From Azolla caroliniana (Eukaryota > Plantae > Polypodiophyta): a DNA stretch of 64,000 nucleotides. The stretch is taken from contig JBHGNT010000017.1 in assembly GCA_043228905.1 (NCBI GenBank), forward strand, positions 434,001 through 498,000, given 5' to 3'. The first letter of the stretch is position 1, and each line of letters begins with the position of its first letter. The translations under genes were made by a program, and so were the position numbers. This document shows, piece after piece, positions 36,729 through 53,130 of the stretch. The notes below the pieces were generated by a model. That model made no database searches. It was not told the DNA's origin and was given only the letters and a program-made list of their open reading frames with translations.

Positions 36729-37039
36729 GGCCGTGGATTTTGGTGATTGATCTTCTTTGTCATACGCTATAGCTAATACATCATACTGAAGCAGCAGCTA
36801 CATCTATCTAACTCTTTACTCTTTCATTCACTCACAGGGGGAACAGAGAACCCCCATTTACATACATACATATTTATTGCTAAGGACTGAGAGACAGAGA
36901 CAGAGACAGAGAGTGTGGAACAGAGGAGCTCAATTTTAATAGGAGGAGGACTTTCACACTTTTGTTTGTGGAACAGAGCATACACACACAAACAAACAAA
37001 CAAATTTCTGAGAAAGGGGTTGGGCATATATGTATCTAT

Positions 37040-37043
37040 AATA

Positions 37044-37078
<35 letters not shown>

Positions 37079-37130
37079 ATGTATGTATATATGTATATAT
37101 GTATATATGTATATATGTATGATGTATGTG
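37040..37130. repeat. (TATATG)/(TA) compound microsatellite
   Basis: Directly visible low-complexity tract. Confidence 0.9.
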
Positions 37131-40100
37131 TATTTGCAAGAGAGGGGACGGGACGGTCCCATGGATCCAAGCCTTGGCACATTACGAGCCGAAAATATCC
37201 AAATACCCAATATATATTCTCGATACATGCAAAACGAGCAATGGACTTTACCTGACGGGAATTTTACTGGCATATAACGTTCGAGAAAATCCGTGATAAT
37301 ATCTCCAGCATCAGTATTGATAGGTTTACTCCGGCATCTTTTTAATCTATGATTACTAGAGGAAACTGTTGAGAAGCCGCCGATGGATAATGGAGTAGTT
37401 GTATAAAATTTGTAACAATGGGTAAAAATTTTCAGGTCGGGGTTTAGTAAAAACGACAACAATCAAATCAGTTCTTCCTTATCATAGTAATTTCTCCAAT
37501 CGTCAATCCATCATGGATGTATTCATTCTTACCTCTACCCTTGGGGGAGAGAGATAGAGAGAGCATGTGTTTGTTTTCCCCATGAATATGCATGTTGGAA
37601 CTCCAACTCAAGGAGTATCGAGATATGGTACCACACAAGAGTTCTTTTCCGCTTGTTTCGCATCAAACAATGGAATCGTAAAGCAATGTTTTCACATTAG
37701 TAGTTTTCTTTTTGTATCAATGCAATCGAAGTGCTAAAAAAAAGGGATGATTGAAACTATCAGCTTTGGAAAGCCGTAACATGCCTAAGCCCTTATGCAC
37801 TTTATAACTTTCGTTTTTATTATAACCTATTTTGAGGGAGTAGAATAAGTAAAATATTGGAATGCGTTGAATATTCTCAACTATTTTACATTTATTTCAA
37901 ACTAGGATAAAATCATGCACTTTGTTAACATACATTGAGGGTGGACAAACTATAGTTAAAAATTTTGGAGCATGCATGAACATGGCTAATGTTGAATGAT
38001 TTGAGCGGAACTATCATGAATTTCCTCGATTGTATACCCATTGATATTTGTTTGTTAAAACATGGTTCTCAACAAAAAAGAAAGACGTCAACACATCAGC
38101 CAACAGGGCAAGCAATCCTTGAATTTTGATATGACTCTCATATTATATATAACATGTTAACTATCACAAATTATTTACTAAAGAATTCTTTCTTCGCAAT
38201 GCTTATTATGCAGTAAGAAATGCAATGCCAATGCTTGGAGCATTGCATGTGCTAGATGGAAAGCCCTACAATTTCTAGAATATATGAAGTGCATTTAAGT
38301 AATGCTCACTAAGATGTTCTCATTTCTTTGAAGGGAATGACATATAATGAAGTTTACGGAAAATCTTCATTATTTGGGATAGCGGCAAAAAAATTCCTTG
38401 TATGAATGGTAATCTCAAATTTGCTCAAAAATATCATTATGTACATATGCCCCCAATAAGAAAATCGTCAAGACATTGTATATTATCTTCCACTTGAAAA
38501 CAATATTTTAAATACAAAGATTTAACATTTTTTGGCTAGTAGTTTAATCAATTGACCAATTTTCGAAGAAGGTAGAGTTGATACCCTCAAGAGCAAAGGT
38601 TGATTTGTTGGTGGTGATGTTCTTGAACTCCAGGTGTAAGGCCACAATGGTGGTTCTAACTTCTCAATTCTAATTCAATGTTCAATTTAATGACATGTAG
38701 TCAATATGGTAGTGTGACGATGTAGATGGAGACACATGCAATCACTAAAAAAAGATCAACATAATACCATATGTTCATTTCTAATATTCAGATGCAATTA
38801 GGACTTTCTGTGCATAAGTGGATATATTCATTTACTCAATTGGATGTTTTGATTGGAGTAAGAACCTATATTGGGGAAGAAGCTTTTATGACTTTTGATG
38901 TACATTTTGATGGTAGGTTGAATTTCACACATACAAAAACTTATTTGTTTACTTTTTGTTTGCATAAAGAAGTGAGGGTGGTAGAAATTATGGATCAAAT
39001 TGGGGATTAGATCCATATCCACAAAATGTGAGTCTTTTTGGGAGATTTTGGACTATGGAAAGGAGACCAGTATCTAGTTAACTTAGGGATCCTAGAGAAC
39101 TTTATTGGAAAGTGTTGGTTCAAGATCAAATAAAAAGGATTGTAAACGGGTCATGGGAGGAACCGGCCACAAATGTTTTCTGGAGATGGAATGGACTTTC
39201 TCCATAATAACTCAAGCTATTTTGGAAATGGTTGTGAGGCAAAAAAATGAGTAGGAAAATTGTTTGTTTTCGATGCATATCAATTCACAAGGGTGCACTA
39301 GCTAGTGGTTGGCAAAAAGTAGTGAATGTAGACAATGTGTCTTTTTTATATGAATCTAACAGAAACTGCTACACATTGTTTGTAGAGTTGTGATTTTGCG
39401 ATGAAAATGTGGAAAAGAATCGTGATGATGTTGATACCATTATATCCTTGAGTGGTGTATACATGGGGGGTGGTACAAGGTCAACCAATGTTATATGAAC
39501 CAGAGGATGTTGAAAAATGTTATTTCTAGAGACATGGTATGATGCAAAAAACAATTATACCTATGAATCCACAAACAAAGATTGGTAAACCTGAAATATG
39601 GCAATTGGTAAGAAATATCACTATTTAGTATATTTGGAAGGCCAAATGTATAAAGGTACTCCAAAGTATGGCTGAAAGACATGCCCAAATAATTAATTGG
39701 ATTTGGACAAAGATTGTGCATAATCATAGAGTTTCTTTGGATAACTTAAAATGTAATACACAATGAGCTCAATTACCATGATTGGAGTTTCATGCCATAT
39801 GGGACAAAGGAAAATTTAAGAGGCCGATTTCTAACGAGGTGGAGTGGTTCTACTCTACAGTGTACACCAAAGTTTTTTTTAAGCTGACAATTAGAACTTC
39901 ACACAGGGGTCATTGCCTATATGTACATAGTATAGCCTTAATGTGTTTCTTAATACTATAGTAGTATCTTTCTTTGAAAACTATAATATAAAAAAATACC
40001 AAATGTTCATTTACCATGTCAACATCCATCACACACCATATATGGGATGATCAAGCTGATCCAAAAAGTGCTTCACATTGATGATGAACATTGTGTCATT

Positions 40101-40690
40101 GAGCCTAATCAAAGTATTCAAGGCATTTGATTCTAACATGCTTCGTTTGTGCAAGGGGAGCCAATGGAAGGGCTAGAGTTCTAATTCGTATGGATAGTTA
40201 TGCACCAAGGAACAATCTCATTTTGGTGTAAACGCTTGGTTGTTTCGGATTCATGGTGTCCATCCATCTTATCTAAAAAAAGGGGCTAATGTTTTGAGGA
40301 CGGATCATTGCCCGTGTCATGGATGGAACTTGTATATACGTAGCCAATGGTGTGGACATGTGAGCCATCACAAGTCCGAGGAGTTATGCCCTAAGCTCTT
40401 CAAAAGGATCGAGAAAACATTAAAAGAAGAAGTACTTGAACATCCCTAAGAGGAGTTTAATTTTGTAGGGGGCAGAGAAGAGAGAGTGTGTGTGGGAGGT
40501 GTAAACAGAGCAATGAGTGCCACAAATATGAAAGAAAAATAAATAAACAGGATTTTGTTTTACAGGATTCTTTAATTTCAAACCATGGAAATAAAATATA
40601 ATCGAAATCTTTATTTTCTAGGAGAGGCAGGGGTAGTAGAGACAGAGATGAAAACAGAGACAGAGATATGAAATGGAACAGGGGATAAAC

Positions 40691-44144
<3,454 letters not shown>

Positions 44145-45662
44145 TACTTCTGTATATGTTTTCTATGTTGTAATCAAGATGATGATTACAACTTGTAAGC
44201 TATCTTGATTCATAAATGTGACAAGATGATGATTGCAATGCTAAATATATATGTATACACTTGTGATAGAGCTACATGTACGGTGTATTGAAATGTTCTT
44301 AAAAAAAAGCTGAAGGTAAAGAGAGCCCCAAAATTTGATGTTTTTTTACAAGTGTCGTGCTTGCTGCTCTGCTGTTGCTTCCACGATAATTGAAAACTTT
44401 TTGTTACGAATTAAAAGTTCGTTTTAAATATTGGAGGTTTATGTTGGTATACTAGGGGGTAGTTGGCATGTCAGAGTGTACCTATACTCGGTTTATTTTC
44501 GAGGTTTTACAAAATAAAGTCAAATCTCATGTGATTTTACTCGGCTTGTGTTGGTATTCATAAATGACAGGTAGCAATATCTACTCCGGTAAATAAAAGT
44601 TTAGCATACAAACATTGATTTCCCACCAACAAGTATCTTTTCAATATAAATGTAGAATTGTACACGCAGTCTTAAGAGTCCCATTTTACTAGTATGTTGA
44701 TGAACTGCAGTCACTGCTTTGGATTGAGTTACAGTGAATAACAATGGGTTCACTATTGTGGATTCTTATATAAAAAAGCTTTTCCTTAAAGCAAGCTAGT
44801 GTCTATTAGGTAACAGAGTGAATGTTTCTTTTAAGAGAAGTTAGACATTGCATGGATTTGGTCTAGCAGTTTTATCAGTTGACAAAACTGTCTTTTCGTG
44901 AGCCCAAGAAGGGTCAAAAAGCCAAGATGACATGAAGAAGAGGAAGTCCTAGAATAAGATTTTCTTGCATATGCCAATTAATGAGCACTTGATGTGTCAC
45001 AGCCAATTTAGCATTCCAACAACATTTGGCACTCTCCTCTTTGTTAATTTGACCTTCGCTAAAGGTCCATGATTATTGCACTCAGCATTTCCTACAAATG
45101 CATCAACTTGGAAAAGAAATATTTACTCCAGGTAAAAATGCTACCTTTATTGAATGTATATGTGACAAGTTCTTTGGAATATCCTTATTTTCTCAATGTA
45201 GATCTATAGATGTAGCATTACTCACGCACATATTGCCCGCTGCAATATTCTCTGTTCCCCAAGGACTCCACCTGATGACTATTTTTTTTAGGTTTTCAAT
45301 GTTATTTTGTTCCTTGATAATGGTGCTTCAAGTCCCACAAATTAGATATATATATATAATTTTCTTGTTGACATTGTAAGCTTGCATTAAGCACACTTTC
45401 TTTTGCCAATTATAGCGAACTACACAATAAACACAGAATACGAGTGAAATCACACCAATTACAAATATTGGGTATATAAGCAGTAGTAACTAAAACATCA
45501 TAGGACATACTACATAGAGTGCGTAAACATCACTCACAACAGCCACTATACCTGTAACCTAATATATGTCTCACTCCAATGCGGGTAAAACATCATTTAT
45601 AATCGAATTGAAAGGAATGTACTCAATTAGTTAAGAATTTAACATGACTCTATAATGGAATT

Positions 45663-47919
45663 TTAGACCATGGAAAGCTCTTGTAAGTTGATTGGGTACA
45701 CATCGGGTTCAGATCCTGTCCAAAGCCGATTAGCGACCAAAACATTCATGGATTGTGTTGGATGAGCAAAATCCCAAAACACATGTTGGGTTGCATCTTC
45801 ACAAATAGTGCTGAGAACCTCATTGCACAGGGGCACACCCCCGTATGGCCCAGTTGAGCAACAAGGTTTCAAACCATACACGAACCCTAACCAATTAGAA
45901 ACAAAGGGTTAATAATGGCATGGCCTTATATGCTTATACTCAAATTTTTAACTTAATTTTAATAATACACAGATGCACACACAAACACACACCCTCTCAT
46001 TCTTTCCCACTCAATTCTATCATTGTATAATGATCAAGAGAAAACATTGGGTGTAAGAGAGCAATACCATATTTTGAAGGGTGGGTGATGGCATCCATCG
46101 TGACATCGTATGCATTTAGGTACACAAAATGTGCATCACGGAATGTTGTTTGCAACTGAACAGTCAATGCCAACAGTTCCACATTGAAGTTTCGAGCCTC
46201 TTGGTTGATATAAGAAACACACGTATTGCGGTTCCGCCTTTTCGAAAGGAGCAACTCAAATGGCATACATCCGATCGGAGGGATCGCGATGAGAGCAAAC
46301 TTTCGAGCACCCAAAGCATATAAACTCTGGAGTCCAAATGAGACATAAAGACTGAGAGGTTACTAGAGATAGATAGACACATGTCATGGTAGTAAAATGT
46401 TTAAGAGCATTTTTTGCTCCTAAGTTGTCAGCACTACTACACTCTGTGTTCAATCCACAGCATAGAATTACTCGAAAAATACAAAAGACACTAAAAAAAC
46501 TTGACTTGTGATTTGAGAAGGTTGTTTACCACCAACTGTTGCTTGTATGAAGAGATGAGGTGATCAATGAAGGCTTTGGGTGTGAAGAGCCTTTGAGCTT
46601 TGCTTTGGCCCAAGGGGTTACCAAAGTAATTCGTAATGTAATCGTTGGAGCCGAAGCAAAAGGCAAAGAGGGCTGTCGAGACAAGGCTGGAAGCTTGCTC
46701 TTGTCCCAGTCGTGTAACCAGCTGAGTGTGGACGCCGCGAAACAATCGGACTTGGTCATCGAAATTGAGCCGCGGGAACTGAAACAAATTGACAGAATGA
46801 ATGTACACACAAAGGAATAGTTAGCAAAAATCCGGCAGGGGATTCGCGGAAATACATCTCATCCAAATAATCAGAATTCCCCAACAAAAATACCCCACCT
46901 CTCTCAGTCTCTCTCTCTCTCTGGAAGGGGATTGGGGGTCAATCAAGGGTTAAGTATATACAATGTAGATAATGGGTGACTAATTACCGGGTAATTCCCT
47001 GTCTTGTTGTTAATGACGGCCCCAGCGATGGCGAAGCTTGTGCCTTTGAGGATGTCACGTGGGTTGGCCAGATATGCTGGGGGGAAGGGCAGCTTGGCCA
47101 GAGATGCTGCTCATGATCATGAGGTAGGTAGGTGTTAATTAGCAGATCACCTTAAAAACTTGCTAATGATTTGACTGGATTTTTCAAGCTCAGATTATGC
47201 TAGTTCAATTATGAATATGTATAATGTAGGATTAATCCCTCTACTCTAGAGTCTACTCTACTACACCACATGATCATCATCATCATCATCGTATATTATG
47301 TATGAAGCACATTGATCACTAAACTTACTAGTCCTTAATGACACATCATCATCATCATCATATACTATGTATGAAGCACATTGATCACTAAACTTACTAG
47401 TCCTTAATGACACATCATCATCATCATCATCATATATTATGTATGAAGCACATTGATCACTAAACTTACTAGTCCTTAATGACACATCATCATCATATAT
47501 TAATAATGTATGAAGCAGATTGATCACTAAACTTAGTAGTCCTTAATGACACAGCATCATCATCATATATTATGCATGAAGCAGATTTCAGATCACTAAA
47601 CTTAGCAGTCCTTAATAATACCTATGATATCGGATGCGATGAGGCCATTGGAGAACTTGCCAGGGCGGCCATCCGGAAGATCCCTTCCGTAAGGCGCGTG
47701 GTCCGCCCCATTCGCATTCCTCGAAAGGTACACATCATTCCCAGGATCAAGCAAAGAATCACCAAAAATGAATGCCGCCGAGAAGCCCCCGCCACCACGA
47801 GGCTGCTGCCCCATACCTGCATTCGGGTCCCGACTACTGCCAATGTCATGGGCCACACCTATGGTGATGAACAATGAGAATAGCCATGAGTAGTAGTACA
47901 ACAACCGTACTAGTAGCAT
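45663..47919 (-). CDS. GDSL esterase/lipase, 5 exons (approx. 47919-47622, 47110-46988, 46779-46530, 46329-46068, 45886-45663)
   Basis: Signal peptide, FIFGDSLLDPGN, PYG..GKFSNG, GTSFAIAG, FGSNDY, LYALGARKF..PPIGC and FWDFAHPT (DxxH), in the typical 5-exon plant layout. Confidence 0.93.
47270..47621 (-). repeat. ~66-72-bp minisatellite (~5 copies) with variable (GAT)n, at the 5' end of GDSL intron 1
   Basis: Unit on plus: ATCATC..ATATTATGTATGAAGCACATTGATCACTAAACTTACTAGTCCTTAATGACAC. The terminal copy abuts the donor. Confidence 0.92.
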
Positions 47920-48825
47920 GGTATTATTGATGGACAAGCTAATGTTTGAAACTCTTGATTGTGTACTACTAACAGTAGGAAGCTTCTAGACATTTCAAAA
48001 GAGTATATATTACTTATATAGACAAATCTAGAGACCATTCACTTGAATTATGGATATGTGGTGAGGCCACACACACAAATAAAAAGAGAGAGAGAGGGGG
48101 AACAGGGGCCTTGGGAATGAATGATAAAAACAAATGTTTACTTACATTGATATATATACTGTATACATACATATACATATATCATGCAGTTCTTCTAGAC
48201 CAAATTTTTTTCATGGCATAAAAGAATGATATTTCAGTGGAGTCGATCTGAGGACCTCATTAATGGCTAGGCTAAGGCATTTACTGAATACTCACTTCCA
48301 GGGCCCTTTTGGCAATAGTGCAATGAATATGTACTATTTTCAAGCACATTTCATGTGTATGTGTGTGGGAAGGAAAGTTGTATCATTATAATGTACGTAA
48401 GAGTGTCCTTTTGGGAGCACTTGCCCACTCCTTTTGATGTAAGTGTGAAGTTGACCATATATTGTAGCATACATGCTCTCGATTTGGTATGGTACAAATT
48501 CTACTGTACATGTACATGCAGTTGGATATCAGTCATCTTTAGATTGTGAACTAGGGGGCGGGGGAATAATGATGCCCCACCCTGGGATCAACTCTCGTAT
48601 TTTTTTCTCAACACTTAGAGATGCCATCGAGCATCCCATAAAATGCAATGTAAGACCCCTCAACATAGTTGGTGTGGCCCATGAATGTAGAGAAAACAAA
48701 TGTGGGGGGCTATAGCAAAACCACAAACATGCCCTTACATCTTTTTTCGACTAGTTCGGAAGGAAAATGGATACGATCTAGCAAAAACCAAGACAAAAAT
48801 GTGCATCTAATGTTCGAGGGAAAAC

Positions 48826-48879
<54 letters not shown>
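48826..48879. repeat. (GT)n(GA)n compound microsatellite
   Basis: Directly visible. Confidence 0.9.
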
Positions 48880-48881
<2 letters not shown>

Positions 48882-51229
48882 AGTGTGTGCTAGAGATAAG
48901 GTGTCTCATGGGGCTTTGGGATGGGTCCATGTAATCATTAATCTTGCCTTCTTACTTTTTTCTTTATTTAGGGTTTGTTAATTCTCATTCTAATCTAACT
49001 AGAAGACGTGGACGAATAGTAATGAGCACATTGTACTATCTAGTAACTACATTGTGATATTAGAGATGTAACTAGAAGACATAAACAAATTATAATGTGT
49101 ACACCGGTTTGGTTTTATAGGCAACCACATAGGCTTGTTTACAGATGAATGATACACTTCTTCTTCCAACTATTGAAAGAGAGTATCATGAGCCATGACA
49201 TCTAAAAAAAGATTTACCATTTAATTATTCATCAGATTTCGGTAGTTGCCTCTACTTTTACGCCAAAATGGACATCATAATTCCCTCTACTTTTGCGCCA
49301 AAATGCTCTACTACACGAACATTATTTTAAGACAGTCATTTCCCTCACATATTATATAAATATGACAACTTTGGAGACAATCATTTACCTCAAGGGGTTT
49401 ATCATCTCGATTCTCGGCAAAAATCTTGTTGAACCTAGGATATTATCATGGATGAAGAATGTACCATCTAGTCTGCATATAGGGGTATTAGCCGTTATGG
49501 CATCTATGAAGGCGAAGTTTCCCTATGTACAAACTTATTGCTAAGTATAGGAAATTAATGCTCAGAGGATCCATGGTCGACATATTAGTTGCTTCAAGGA
49601 TACTAATCCAAGATCACTTGCATCTAGGAGAATCATTTCCCTTTACTTACACATGTAGAAAGTTCATAGCATGACCATTAAATGAATGCAATGGCATCAA
49701 GAGTACTCATTTCCCTTTAGGCACACATTTAGTTACAAGCCACATAAAGGCAAATTCCCTTTAGCAAACTTATTAATCTTGAAAGCGAAGTTTTGACCTA
49801 GGATAGCGAGCTTTCAAAAGTTTGTTTTTTTCTCTTCGTGACCCATACATTGAGTCGTGTCCATTCCATTTACCTTACTAATAAAAACTATAAATAAATA
49901 GCTTGATACTAATAGCTTGTGTGTACGCATTTCATGTGCAGCCTTAGGCGTTTCTTAATACGAAGGTAGTATCTTCTTTTTTTAACTCAAAAAAAGCCTA
50001 GTAAATCATTCGATTAGATAAATAAAAATAAAAATTATTTTGATGCGTGAATATTATTTTAAATCTGCAAAACTTTACAAAAATTGAATTGGATGTTATG
50101 AGAATGGTTCTCGGTCCTCATTTTTCTTGAAAGTATATAACAAGCAAGATTTGGATTGGTAACAAACAACAAGATTCAAAAATGATTTGCCAATCCTCGT
50201 TGAATCAGATGCTTGCAATACGAAATTATATTGAATCCCATGGATGAGCATGTTCAACCTTGACTAGGAAACCATTTTTCAAATCTCTTCATTCTTATAA
50301 AAAGTTGCTTATCTATAGTAGGTCCACATTGGATTGTAGTGAAGGAGGCGAGCAAGACCCTCCTATCCCACAAATAGGGAACGCTTCAATATATTGACAC
50401 AATCGTTTTCTCTTTGAGTGATACGGAATTGAATCCAATTTCTAAAGAGATGAGAATTACTAGCATCAAGAATGGCGAGAAATACGGTAAAAGATGTCCA
50501 TTGAATATGAGACAGAACTGAACATTTATTGTAGTAGGACTTATGTCTCAAGAATAGATAGAAAATATCTCTTTCGAGTGAAACTTGTGTTGGGTGGTGG
50601 GAGTTTCCTTGGATTAAAAAAAACTCTACAAAATTTTATTTTTTAAATGTTTTAGGGGATAGAGATGCATTGGGCTACCACAAACTCTTCATCTAAGGAT
50701 TAATTATTCAAATTGTTTACATGTTTTTTATTCCCGAAATAAAAATAAGTTTTGTATCTTTTATTTTGAGGAGAGGCACAAGGGCTTTTGAATTCAACCC
50801 ATTCCACACAAAGCATAAAAATGAACATAAACTGATTTTTTAAAATTCCTTTTTGAGGAAAACAAAAATAATAATATTTTCTTTACATGCCCCTCTCACA
50901 AAAACAGAATTACTCTATTATTCAGCTTTCTTAAGAAAAACATTTTACTATATATTTTTAAATTAAGTCGTTTTTTTACCAGGAGTTATCTTGCATTCAC
51001 TAGTGACCGCATGAATCAAGCCCCTCTAGTAAAGGGCAAGAAGCGTCATGGCCTACGTACATAATGTTTTGAAATGGTAGGTGCTTTTGCTTATTATTAA
51101 GGGTTTTTATTAAATTAACAATATTGCAACGATGGGGGGTTTATGTTAATGGTATGACAAACATTGAGTTTTGGTTGATAGTATGACAACAATGATCTTT
51201 GTTAATGGTATAACAATGATGAGATTATG

Positions 51230-51950
51230 TTAATGGAATGCCCCACATGAACTCAGATGAGAGTGGGTATACAAAAGGCCCTTTAAAACAATGGATTTTA
51301 GGCCTCGTATGTTTGCACAAGGTACGCAATGACATAGACGTGTACAATTGCGTCTCCCATTATTTTCATATGATGAGATATTTCAAGGTTCTAACTTCTA
51401 AATCAAATGTTAGGGTATGAATAGTTGTTGGTATGCCATTGTGTGAAGGATCTCTCATAAAATTTGTGCGATGCACATGGATTGGAATGGTGTGGGCAGT
51501 CATTGTCAAACACATCATGGAACTTTTGACAAATGAGTATACCCTCAAACTAATAAGGATGCTTTAATTGGTGAACAACATGGAGGATGCCAATCTTTGC
51601 CGCTGCATACTAATTTCTAGCTCATGTTATAAGACAAACAAAACATGGCTACTTGGATGAAACAATATCCACGGTATATAACGAAAGACCTAGAAATAAA
51701 CCCAGACCTTCAGTTCAATATGTATATATGAAATATCTCATGCTACACACACACCCACATATATGGAATATAACATGTACTCGGCCAAGATAGTGTCGAA
51801 TCTTAAATAACTACATGAAGGTCTCACATAAATCCCAAATGAAGTCTTGACACAAACTTGGAAGAGGATTTGTAATCCCGAATTCATGAATGGATGACAT
51901 ATTATCAAGAAGCGGATGCACATACGAAGCATATTACGTCCAATCCAAAC
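51230..51950 (-). mobile_element. Possible decayed PIF/Harbinger transposase remnant
   Basis: Degenerate motifs in the expected order (DC.H/TIPI, TFDLEVRT.KYL, MGDA), heavily frameshifted. Confidence 0.3.
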
Positions 51951-53130
51951 CTAGACCAAAGACATAGGATGAACAAACTTATATATATGGCCAGACCCAA
52001 CCAAGGCCAAGAGATCTAGCATCTTCAAACTTCCATCTAATCTCAGACCCCAGAACATGGAGACCATGTATATCGCATGTCATACCGAAACCCTTGTCCA
52101 GAGCCCCGATCACGGCCTATATATATAGTGGCAATGGCCACTAGAGACCTTTCCTGGTATCCATGGCCCACATGTGTGTGTGTGTGTGTGTTGATAGATG
52201 GATCCAAAGAACACACTCTTTGCATGTGAAACCAAAAATGCAGAGACATGAGAGGGTTTTGAAGAAGGACTTTTTGTTTTGTAATGCGAGTGACCGACCA
52301 CAAAGCCTAAAACAGAGTGTTGCCAAAGAAAGAAGAAACAATGGATTTCTTTGAACCTTAATCAGGTATGATCTAGGGGTGGGCAAAAATATGTCCGTTT
52401 CTGTTTTTCTGATAACCTTATTATTATTCAGGATTCTCTGCTTCCATTCCTTCATAAATCAAACGACAAAAAAAAAAGAACAAAACCTCTGCTACGCGAT
52501 TGAAATCTCTCACAACTTAAATGGAATTTGAACCAGAAGAGTAAAAAAACTTCCATGATTGCTCAATTATACCATCCTTAACCCTTGGGCGATCATGGAG
52601 ATGCATGCATGCATGCACGTAAAGATGGGATGGAGTTTTCTGTACAGAGGATCAATCCTTGCAATCAGGTCATTATCATAAGTTATAACTAAATGTGGAG
52701 ACAATGAATTAATTGAATAAGAGGGTTTGAGTTAACGACATATGTATAATGTCCATGTATATGGATGACATTTAAAGATAGGATAAAGTTTATGTATAGA
52801 GGATCGATCCTCATAATCAAATCATTAACATAACAGAGGATCAAATCATTGACATAACTAAATCTGGAATTGAGGAAATTATCGAGGGAAAGGGTTGGAG
52901 TTAATGACGCAATATGGATCACGTATAAAATTACGGCATTTAGAGATGGAAATTCTCTAACACATTTACTGATGATATTGCTCTGTTCATAGTAACACAT
53001 CCAAGCACACTAGTCAGAAAGAGTGTTCCAAATCATTTAGATCAATTTAAAATCTTTAGTATTAATATACAGGTAATGACATCCTCTTGATTTGAATATT
53101 TAAATTCACCAGATATCTAAACATAATTAA

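Noticed and set aside
36824-37462. 212-aa ORF and overlapping ORFs
   Set aside because: Kept open by (TA/TATG)n and (GAGACA)n microsatellites, with no protein-like content.
47261-47621. CRISPR-like array or acidic repeat protein
   Set aside because: The variable parts are only (GAT)n length changes, the array lies in a eukaryotic intron, and there are no cas genes.
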